A stretch of 64,000 nt of DNA from Saprospiraceae bacterium. Its GTDB lineage: Bacteria > Bacteroidota > Bacteroidia > Chitinophagales > Saprospiraceae. The notes beneath the pieces are model-generated. The model was given only the letters and a program-made list of their open reading frames with translations. It made no database searches and had not been told where the DNA came from. The position numbers and the translations under genes were made by a program. How positions within the stretch are numbered: the first letter of the stretch is position 1; each line of letters opens with the position of its first letter. Shown one piece after another: positions 9,343 to 17,278 of the stretch. The DNA lies in NCBI GenBank assembly GCA_016710585.1, contig JADJVN010000002.1, positions 87,791 to 151,790 on the forward strand. Reading direction: 5' to 3'.

Positions 9343-10347
9343 ATGGAAATAAAACAGACAGATTTATTGATTATTGGGGCTGGACCTTGTGGTTTATTTA
9401 CTGTATTTGAAGCAGGTTTATTAAAACTAAAATGCCATCTAGTGGATTATCTTCCCTTGCCTGGTGGACAGTTAACCGAGATCTATCCAAAAAAGCCTAT
9501 ATATGATATTCCCGGCTATCCAAGTGTGATTGCAGGCCAGTTAGTTGAGAATTTGATGGAACAAATTAAGCCTTTTAGTCCAGAGTTCACATTAGGAGAA
9601 CGAGCTGAATCATTGGAAAAGGTGGATAATGATTTCATACTAACCACACATCTTGGGACCAAGATAAAAGCAAAAGCAGTATGTATAGCTGGTGGATTAG
9701 GTTGCTTTGAGCCCAGAAAACCGCCTTTGCCAGAAATTGGAAATTTTGAGGATAAAGGCGTGGATTATATAGTCAAAGATCCTGAAAAGTATAGAGGAAA
9801 GAAGTTGGTCATAGCTGGAGGAGGAGATTCAGCTATTGATTGGACTTATTTTCTTGCAGATATATGTGAAGAATTGACCCTAATACATCGTCGGACAGAA
9901 TTTAGGGCGGCACTGGAAATGGTCGAAAAAGTGGTTCATTTAGCTGAGCAAAAAAAGATTAAGCTGATTACAGAATCTGAAGTGACAAAATTGGAAGGAC
10001 GTCATAGTTTGGAGTCTTTGACCGTGCATACTCCTGAAGGAGATCAAACGATTTCAGCCAATTACTTTTTGCCTTTGTTTGGACTAAGTCCCAAGCTTGG
10101 ACCAATAGCGGATTGGGGATTGAATTTAGATAAAAATGCCATAACAGTAGATACATTGGATTATTCTACAAACATAGAAGGCATCTTTGCTATTGGAGAT
10201 ATTAATACCTACCCTGGAAAATTAAAGCTAATTCTTTGTGGATTTCATGAAGCAACTTTAATGGTGCAATCTGTGTTCAAAATAGTTAATAATGGAAAAA
10301 AGCCGAGTTTTAAATATACCACGGTCACTGGAATACAGAATATTTAA
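9343..10347 (+). CDS. Ferredoxin-NADP+ reductase, thioredoxin-reductase-like type (FAD/NAD(P)-binding)
   Basis: DLLIIGAGPCGLF...GGQL..IYPKKPIYDIPGYP...VIAGGGDSAIDW. The ATG at 9343 is preferred over the TTG at 9334. Confidence 0.85.
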   Translation: MEIKQTDLLIIGAGPCGLFTVFEAGLLKLKCHLVDYLPLPGGQLTEIYPKKPIYDIPGYPSVIAGQLVENLMEQIKPFSPEFTLGERAESLEKVDNDFILTTHLGTKIKAKAVCIAGGLGCFEPRKPPLPEIGNFEDKGVDYIVKDPEKYRGKKLVIAGGGDSAIDWTYFLADICEELTLIHRRTEFRAALEMVEKVVHLAEQKKIKLITESEVTKLEGRHSLESLTVHTPEGDQTISANYFLPLFGLSPKLGPIADWGLNLDKNAITVDTLDYSTNIEGIFAIGDINTYPGKLKLILCGFHEATLMVQSVFKIVNNGKKPSFKYTTVTGIQNI

Positions 10348-10356
10348 GGAATTCAT

Positions 10357-10677
10357 ATGGAAGAAGTTGTATTGAACATTATTGACAGAGAAGGAATCCT
10401 TCACACTGTTGAATTTCCAAACGAACAAGGCTACAATCTTATGGAAGTCCTTAAATCTTTAGAGTTTGAGGTCGCGGGAACTTGTGGTGGTATGGCCCTT
10501 TGTGCAAGTTGCCATGTTTATGTCGAATCAGAAACTGATCTAAAAGAAATGTCTCAAGCTGAAATATTGATGTTGGACAGTGTTTTTACAACACAATCAA
10601 ATTCTAGACTAGCTTGCCAAATTCCTTTATCAGAATCAATCAATAATATCGTCATTCGATTGGCGCCAATAGAATAA
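10357..10677 (+). CDS. 2Fe-2S ferredoxin (adrenodoxin/putidaredoxin type)
   Basis: 106 aa. The cluster ligand pattern is CGGMALCASCHV...C. It lies 9 nt downstream of the reductase gene. Confidence 0.85.
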   Translation: MEEVVLNIIDREGILHTVEFPNEQGYNLMEVLKSLEFEVAGTCGGMALCASCHVYVESETDLKEMSQAEILMLDSVFTTQSNSRLACQIPLSESINNIVIRLAPIE

Positions 10678-10678
10678 T

Positions 10679-11596
10679 TTGAAAAATAGATACTTTCCCT
10701 ATATTGCTTTACTGTTGGTTTGTTTGATATGGGGCACGACATACATGGTCAATAAAATTGGAGTAGGACAGATTCCTCCATTTTTGTTTGGATTCGTGAG
10801 ACAACTTTCTGCTGGCTTACTCTTGAGTTTTTATATTTTTGTTATTAGAAAACATGCTTTACCCAGTAAAGAATATATAAAATTTCATTCAATAGTAGCA
10901 ATCTTGCTTATTACGATTGGAAATGGAATTGGAACATTCGGATTACAATTTATTCCAAGTGGAATATCCGCTGTGCTTGCTGCAATTTCTCCAATTATTA
11001 TAGCCTTATTGAGTATTTATTTAAATCCTGAGGATCGATTGAAACCGACAGGATGGTTAGGCATTATTATGGGTACGACTGGTTTATTGATCATTTGTTC
11101 TAACAATTTTTCATCCGATTCGAATAAGACAAATTCCTTATTGGGTTTATTTTTTACTATATGTTCTGTATCAGCTTGGGCTTTTGGGACGGTTTATAGT
11201 AAGACAAAAACGTTTAAAGAAAGTCCTCTGATTGCGGCAGCTATTCATATGGTCGTGGGGAGTATTCCTCTTTTGTTTTTAACATTGATTTTTGAGAAAC
11301 CGTTTGATTTTAAAATTACTACAACAGCTATAGGAATATGGGCTTATCTGATTATATTTGGATCACTAGTTGCCTATAGTGCCTACATTTATGCATTGAA
11401 ATATTTACCCGCCACACTAGTAAGTATACAGAGTTATATTAATCCAATTATTGCATTGGTGACTGGATCAGTTTTTCTAAATGAAAAGATTACAGTATGG
11501 ATTATATTAGGTTCAATGATTACGATTATTGGAATCATCCTGGTGAATTTTTCGCTTTACAAAATCAAGTACCGTAAATTCAAATCAGCAACCTAA
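10679..11596 (+). CDS. EamA/DMT-family transporter
   Basis: 305 aa with about 10 TM segments and a duplicated EamA-like architecture. TTG start 1 nt after the ferredoxin stop. Confidence 0.8.
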   Translation: MKNRYFPYIALLLVCLIWGTTYMVNKIGVGQIPPFLFGFVRQLSAGLLLSFYIFVIRKHALPSKEYIKFHSIVAILLITIGNGIGTFGLQFIPSGISAVLAAISPIIIALLSIYLNPEDRLKPTGWLGIIMGTTGLLIICSNNFSSDSNKTNSLLGLFFTICSVSAWAFGTVYSKTKTFKESPLIAAAIHMVVGSIPLLFLTLIFEKPFDFKITTTAIGIWAYLIIFGSLVAYSAYIYALKYLPATLVSIQSYINPIIALVTGSVFLNEKITVWIILGSMITIIGIILVNFSLYKIKYRKFKSAT

Positions 11597-11635
11597 TATA
11601 ATTTCTCGATTGTCAAAATAAAATTTAAATGAGAC

Positions 11636-12994
11636 ATGGAGAGTATTCGTATATTGCCCTTCAATATGAAGACTAAAGAAAAATTAAGTAGTTTTTCACT
11701 TACGATGCTCGTTATTGGTCTAGTGATAGGCATGGGAATATTTCGCACAGCATCTGATACTGCAAAGGCTGCAGGGACTGCAGAAGTATTTTTTGTTGCT
11801 TGGATCCTTGGTGGTATTGTCGCATTATGTGGGGCACTTACCTTTGCAGAAATAGGATCAAGATATCCAATTACAGGCGGATATTATAAAATATTTTCAG
11901 TTGCTTTCCATCCATCCATTGCTTATGCATTGAATCTAGCATTGCTGGTCTCTAATGCAGCTGCACTATCAGGAGTGGCACTAATAGGAAGTGAATATTT
12001 ATGCCAGGTTATTTTTCAAGACGCCACAAATGATGTGGTGAAGTCAATGATTGCAATGTTGACGATAGTGCTGTTTTATGGAATAAATCTACTGGGATTG
12101 AGTATTAGTTCAAGAGCTTTGAATGTGTTGATGTTTATTAAAATCGGGATGATATTATTATTGATAAGTTGTATGTTTTTATCCCAACCTCAAGTTCAAA
12201 ATACAGCACTCAATTTTTCGAATTTTTTATCTAAAGATAATTTCTTGGCTATAGGAGCAGCATTGATGGCAGTATCTTTTACCTATGGAGGATACCAACA
12301 AACAATTAATTTTGGTGAAGAAATAGATGGCGATACCAAAGTGATGCCAAGAGGAATTGTCACAGGGATGATTATTATTATTGCTTTGTATGTTTGCGTC
12401 AACTATGCTTATTATTCTATAATTGGATTTGAATCTTTAAAGGAGGCTAGGGGTGTGGCTTCGTTAGTGATCGCACAAGTCTTCGGACCATTTGGTCAAA
12501 CAGCTTTTTCAATTTTACTTTTTATTGCAGTATTAGCTTATGTCAATGTTCAACTTATGGCAAATCCAAGAGTAATGTTTGCTATGTCTCAAGAGGGATT
12601 ATTGCCTAAGAAATTTCAATATAAATCTAAGGAAAAAAATGTTTTGGTAATATCCTTAACCGTATTTGCAACGATTGCAATTATAGTTTTATTTTTTGCC
12701 AATACATTTGAGAAAATTTTAGGATTTGTGATGTTTTTAGATTCAATAGGTATGGCAATGTCAGCAATGACCTTGTTTATTATCAAAAAGAAATTCAAGA
12801 AAACTGCAGAGGAAGAGAATAGTATTTACAAGATGAAACTCTTTCCTATTCCAACATTGATTTTTATATTATGCTATTTGTATATAAGCATTACAGTGGC
12901 AATACGATATACAAATCTTGCTTTAATTGGAGCAGGAGTTTTCGTATTAAGTTTGTTTATTTATTTTTTGATAATACAAAGCAGAAAAAAATAA
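11636..12994 (+). CDS. APC-family amino acid permease
   Basis: 452 aa with about 12 TM segments. GMGIFRT..., FAEIGSRYPITGGYY and GYQQT motifs. The start could instead be the internal ATG (MKTKEKLSSF). Confidence 0.85.
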   Translation: MESIRILPFNMKTKEKLSSFSLTMLVIGLVIGMGIFRTASDTAKAAGTAEVFFVAWILGGIVALCGALTFAEIGSRYPITGGYYKIFSVAFHPSIAYALNLALLVSNAAALSGVALIGSEYLCQVIFQDATNDVVKSMIAMLTIVLFYGINLLGLSISSRALNVLMFIKIGMILLLISCMFLSQPQVQNTALNFSNFLSKDNFLAIGAALMAVSFTYGGYQQTINFGEEIDGDTKVMPRGIVTGMIIIIALYVCVNYAYYSIIGFESLKEARGVASLVIAQVFGPFGQTAFSILLFIAVLAYVNVQLMANPRVMFAMSQEGLLPKKFQYKSKEKNVLVISLTVFATIAIIVLFFANTFEKILGFVMFLDSIGMAMSAMTLFIIKKKFKKTAEEENSIYKMKLFPIPTLIFILCYLYISITVAIRYTNLALIGAGVFVLSLFIYFLIIQSRKK

Positions 12995-13003
12995 GTGATT
13001 TGA

Positions 13004-15325
13004 TTAACTATTAATTTTATAAGTGGCACGAAATACCATGTGGCGCGGAGCTTCAAGATATCCAGGTCTGTTTGTATAAATTTCATTAGTTAAGTTAAAA
13101 AGATTTGCTTGCAATTCAATCTTTTTCATTTGATATCCTAATCGCAATCCATGAATTCGATATCCAGTATTATTCTTTTCTCTGAATTCTTTTACACCTT
13201 TGATGAATGTCTCGAAAATTGGGTCTATTGCGGTTACATTACTTGCATATAAAAAGTCATATCCAAGCATCCATCCATTTAGTTGATATTGAATGTCAGA
13301 TTTGAAAACATGCTTTGATCGATATTTCAACACATTTTCATCCGAAGTAGATCGCAATGCATTCAATTGTCCACGTGTTGCTTTATCTAATTCCGTTAGT
13401 TTGACATTATTTCCAGTCAAATCCCAATCTTGAAATTTTGGTTCAATAAATGTATGTGATGCGATAAATGATAGATTTCCATACTTAAATTTTTTATTTA
13501 AAAGCAAGCTTCCTTCTACTCCAGGAATCTCAGTGTCCCCAACATTGGAGGATTGAAAAAAAGGAACTAAATTTGGAGACAACAGAAATCCAAATTCCAT
13601 CATGTCTCGATATCTAGAATAAAATCCAGCTAAGTCAAATCCACCATCCATGGATAAAAATTTGAAAGCTTGTTTGTATCCTATTTCGTAGCTGTTGCCA
13701 TATTCGGATTTAATATTAGGATTTGGTGCAATATTCAAGCCTCCAGCTTGGGTTTGAATATATTTTTCAGCTAAAGTAGGAAATCGGAATCCTTGACCCC
13801 AAGAGGCTCGCAGATAACTATTTTTTGCTACATTATAATTCAGTCCAAAACGAAATACTGGTCTAGAATCCTTGGATTGCTGATCAAATTGATATGTTCC
13901 AATATGGCTTGGCCCTTGAATTTTAAAGTATTCATATCTCATTCCTGCCATGAAGATGAGTCGATCTTTGATCTTATGTTCTGCACTAAGATAAACTGCT
14001 TGATTTGAACTACTCAATAATGTATCTCCATAAAGCGGGGCATCAATTTTACTATAAGAACCAAAAACTCCAGCAGCAATTGCAAGTCTCCATTTTTCAA
14101 TATTCTTATGTATTTGGTATTCGCCATAATAGTTATTGCTTTGATTGGATTGGTTGGCGTTATTATTATTTTCTATATAATACCATCGCGCATAAGCCTT
14201 ATGTTTATAATTTTTATTGGTAATATAATTTACACTTGGATCTAATGAGAATCTTACTTTCTTCGATCTCGTAAATGAACTTGTGTCACCAGTATAGAGT
14301 CCACTTGCTTTCCAATAAAAAAAATCACTGCTTGTCCCAGTGTTCAAATTGGCGCCAAGTGAAGCGGTCATTTTATCTTTAAATCTTTTACGAATCAACA
14401 CGTTTGCTCGATGATTAATATTGCCTACATTTTCATTGTATTCATTTTTATTGGTATAGGCCAATGCACTACTTAAATCCCAAGATTTTATTTTTCTACG
14501 ATCTACGATTGTTGTAATCCACTCTTGAGGTGAATCTTTGAAAGAATTATTTTTCCACCAATACTCCTCCTGATCTGGTGCAGTAAAATACTTCATTGTT
14601 TGTGTTACAGAAGTAAATGGTTTGGATCCTGGAAATTTTGATCGAAAATGAATCACGCCATTCATTGCAGCGGATCCATAAAGTGCAGATGCTGCTCCTT
14701 TTAATACTTCTATTTGTTCAACATTCTCCAATGGCAGATCGGACCAATTGGGAAAACCTGCATCTGGTTGAAGTATGGGAATTTCATCCATTACCAACAT
14801 AACACGACTACCAGCTCCATAACTATAACCAGATCCACCGCGAATGTTTGCTTGACCATCAAGGATTTGCACTCCAGGCACCCGATCCAAAACTTGCTCG
14901 ACAGAATTTGTACTCAATTTTTCTATGTCCTTCGCTGCAATGACCTCCATAGACACTGAAGATTGTGCTATTGAAGTTTCAAAACGCGACGAACTTATTA
15001 TAGTAGTTTGAAGTAATACACTTTCTTCTTCCAATTGTATATTATACTCATTGCTTTCACTGAGCAGAATTCTAGTTTTTTTGAATCCTGTAAAGGAAAC
15101 TACCATGTAATTCTGATTAACTTCCTTTTCTAGAGAAAATTTTCCATCTGTATCTGTAATGGTTCCTTTTGATCCAATGCTCACTACAGCGCCTACAATC
15201 GGAATGGCGCGATCTTTCTCGAAGACGACACCATGTATTAAATTTTGTGTATATATATTACTTACGAAATATGTGCAGATTAGTAGTATTAAATACTTTT
15301 TTGGGGAAAATTTGATTTGCATCAT
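13004..15325 (-). CDS. TonB-dependent receptor (CarboxypepD_reg + plug + barrel)
   Basis: 773 aa. N-terminal IHGVVFEKDRAIPIVGAVVSI...TDTDGKFSL. Plug motif VPGVQILDGQANIRGGSGYSYGAGSRVMLVMDEIP. Terminal aromatic-rich barrel strand. Confidence 0.9.
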   Translation of the reverse strand: MMQIKFSPKKYLILLICTYFVSNIYTQNLIHGVVFEKDRAIPIVGAVVSIGSKGTITDTDGKFSLEKEVNQNYMVVSFTGFKKTRILLSESNEYNIQLEEESVLLQTTIISSSRFETSIAQSSVSMEVIAAKDIEKLSTNSVEQVLDRVPGVQILDGQANIRGGSGYSYGAGSRVMLVMDEIPILQPDAGFPNWSDLPLENVEQIEVLKGAASALYGSAAMNGVIHFRSKFPGSKPFTSVTQTMKYFTAPDQEEYWWKNNSFKDSPQEWITTIVDRRKIKSWDLSSALAYTNKNEYNENVGNINHRANVLIRKRFKDKMTASLGANLNTGTSSDFFYWKASGLYTGDTSSFTRSKKVRFSLDPSVNYITNKNYKHKAYARWYYIENNNNANQSNQSNNYYGEYQIHKNIEKWRLAIAAGVFGSYSKIDAPLYGDTLLSSSNQAVYLSAEHKIKDRLIFMAGMRYEYFKIQGPSHIGTYQFDQQSKDSRPVFRFGLNYNVAKNSYLRASWGQGFRFPTLAEKYIQTQAGGLNIAPNPNIKSEYGNSYEIGYKQAFKFLSMDGGFDLAGFYSRYRDMMEFGFLLSPNLVPFFQSSNVGDTEIPGVEGSLLLNKKFKYGNLSFIASHTFIEPKFQDWDLTGNNVKLTELDKATRGQLNALRSTSDENVLKYRSKHVFKSDIQYQLNGWMLGYDFLYASNVTAIDPIFETFIKGVKEFREKNNTGYRIHGLRLGYQMKKIELQANLFNLTNEIYTNRPGYLEAPRHMVFRATYKINS

Positions 15326-15366
15326 TCAAAAATTAGTTACCTTGCATTACGAAAAACGAAATTACC

Positions 15367-16128
15367 ATGAAATTACTAATTGGGTCAATATTTTTTATAT
15401 TAACTTTTGTAAACTTGAATGCACAAGTTAACTGTTTGCCAGATTCATTGTATAGAGATTCAACTGTAGGGGTTTATCCTCGACCAGTGACTCCTGAAAA
15501 TCCGAACGGTGGCATCACAAAACCAGCTTGTATTAATAAACCTTATGAATTTGTTCTAACTATAAAAATTCCAGACACTGTTTCTTTCCAAGGAATCGTA
15601 GTGAATCTAAATAGTGCTAAAATAGAAACAACAGGCGCAATACAAAATCTACCAGTGGGTATCACTTATGCTTGCAATCCGCCAGACTGCGTTTTTCCTA
15701 AGTTAAGTCTTGGTTGCATCAAACTTTATGGCACTGCTACTTCTGCAAATCTACCTGGTAAATATAAGCCTGTGATCACACTCAACCTCAGCACAGCTTT
15801 TGGTACATTTCCAATAAGTTATCCTGGCGCACAATTTCCTGGTGAATATATTCTAACCTTACTAGATGAATCTTGTCAAGTTGGTCTGTCAAATCCTTTC
15901 GAAGAAAAACAAAGTTGGTTTCCCAATCCATCCAATGGAAATTTTCATACTATCAATCCTAATGTTCAGAATATAAAACTCTACAACAGTTTTGGACAAA
16001 TGGTGTATTCCAATTTTGGAAGCACTCGGATTGACGTAGAAAATCAATTAAACAGTGGATTATATTTTATCCATTGGTTCGAAGGAGAAAAATCTTATAC
16101 ACAGAAAATGTGGATTAAGAATGATTAA
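15367..16128 (+). CDS. Secreted protein with T9SS type A C-terminal sorting domain
   Basis: 253 aa with signal MKLLIGSIFFILTFVNLNAQ. C-terminal WFPNPSNGNFHT...LYNSFGQMVYS...GLYFIHW is Por_Secre_tail-like. Confidence 0.7.
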   Translation: MKLLIGSIFFILTFVNLNAQVNCLPDSLYRDSTVGVYPRPVTPENPNGGITKPACINKPYEFVLTIKIPDTVSFQGIVVNLNSAKIETTGAIQNLPVGITYACNPPDCVFPKLSLGCIKLYGTATSANLPGKYKPVITLNLSTAFGTFPISYPGAQFPGEYILTLLDESCQVGLSNPFEEKQSWFPNPSNGNFHTINPNVQNIKLYNSFGQMVYSNFGSTRIDVENQLNSGLYFIHWFEGEKSYTQKMWIKND

Positions 16129-16190
16129 GTTGGACTTTATCAAAAAAAAATAGATCTTTTTCAACAGCATAGTAATATAAATTCGTTAAG

Positions 16191-16492
16191 AATTGGCGAA
16201 ACCTTGGAGCCAATTTAGAATTTATATTACGGTTTTGCGTAGCAAAAATCCTTTGAATGAATGAGTGGTGCGAAGCAATCGAGTGAACGATTTCACTCGA
16301 TAACGAAAGAACTGTCCAATCCTTTGGACAGCCTGTGCCCTTTCTTTTGGTTCGTTTTCTTTGGATGAACGACTGGCTATCGAGTGATACAAAATCACTC
16401 GATAAGGAGAGAACTGACTTATCCCTAAGTCAGCTTCAAAGAAAATGAACGTATGTAGACTAAGAAAACTGATTTTGCAAGAACTAGCAAAA
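16191..16492. repeat. Hairpin-dense intergenic element: two tandem ~101-nt units, each with two perfect hairpins, flanked by further hairpins
   Basis: Unit 1 hairpins: 16278-16301 (ATCGAGTGAA/TTCACTCGAT) and 16312-16331 (CTGTCCAA/TTGGACAG). Unit 2 hairpins: 16379-16403 (ATCGAGTGAT/ATCACTCGAT) and 16414-16433 (CTGACTTA/TAAGTCAG). Both units have a 10-nt spacer between the two hairpins. Flanking hairpins: 16191-16215 (AATTGGC/GCCAATT), 16233-16247 and 16473-16492 (both TTTTGC/GCAAAA). Confidence 0.6.
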
Positions 16493-16541
16493 TATTAATC
16501 AAAAGAACTGCGCAATTTTTTCTTTCTTGTTGAAAGCCTTC

Positions 16542-17030
16542 TTACTCTTCTTCCTCCAAATCATCATAAAAAATAGGATCCAGCATAGGTAATCCAAGCC
16601 ATAAGTTTTCTTCATTACTTACAGCAAACATTCTCAAAAAGCCACCACAGCTTTCTGCTACTTCTTCCGCAAATGAAAGATAAGTGTTATACAGCTGGGC
16701 TGCATTCCGAATATTAATTTTAGGCAAAATTTTGTTTAATTCGCTTAGTTTATTTGAAATCACTTCTGATCTTTGGATATGATCCATAGGGAGTGAATTG
16801 AGAAAACTCTCAAATTTGATGATGTAATTTTTATCTAGCTCTTGGTATATTGGCTTAAGTTCATATTCGAATGAATAAGAACGAATCTTAACAATTTTCT
16901 GACTCCACTCTTTTTCTTTTAGATTTATATTGCCATCAGCACCTGCGATTAGAATAGCTATTAATGGCACTGCATCTATAAGTTGTTGATATTCACCATC
17001 AGTCAATGATCTAAAAATTCCACTAGGCAT
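16542..17030 (-). CDS. Hypothetical protein with acidic C-terminus
   Basis: 162-aa ORF with coding-like composition, ending DDLEEEE. No family recognised with confidence. Confidence 0.5.
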   Translation of the reverse strand: MPSGIFRSLTDGEYQQLIDAVPLIAILIAGADGNINLKEKEWSQKIVKIRSYSFEYELKPIYQELDKNYIIKFESFLNSLPMDHIQRSEVISNKLSELNKILPKINIRNAAQLYNTYLSFAEEVAESCGGFLRMFAVSNEENLWLGLPMLDPIFYDDLEEEE

Positions 17031-17252
17031 AATAAGAATTCATTTAATTGTGTCAAATGTAATTAGATTATATAAATCAGTTCTTTTTTTTTGAAAAAAA
17101 ATATATTTTAAGGAAACTCTTGACTAAAATTCTATAAAAAGCCCGATTTGATTTTTTTCTTTGATTACAAATTCATTTTTGATTAGGAATTTTCAAAAAG
17201 AATATTAGAATTGAAAATCATATGTATAATCTATTATTCTGGGGAATCGCAT

Positions 17253-17260
17253 TATCTTTG
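17253..17260 (+). promoter_or_regulatory. Bacteroidota -7 promoter element TATCTTTG upstream of mutS
   Basis: cattaTCTTTGcattg. The motif ends 18 nt before the TTG start at 17279. Confidence 0.5.
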
Positions 17261-17278
17261 CATTGAATATTACCAATC

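Noticed and set aside
16250-16445. CRISPR-like array, because of repeated palindromic units
   Set aside because: There are only two units. The repeats are about 100 nt long and diverged rather than identical 28-37-mers. There are no unique spacers of uniform length and no cas genes in the window.
16257-16448. Mini-ORFs inside the tandem units: MNEWCEAIE* (16257-16286) and MNDWLSSDTKSLDKERTDLSLSQLQRK* (16365-16448)
   Set aside because: The similar MNEW/MNDW starts simply reflect the DNA repeat. The two ORFs differ greatly in length (9 versus 27 codons) and have no RBS or promoter context. The compensatory stem changes point to selection on RNA or DNA structure, not on coding.
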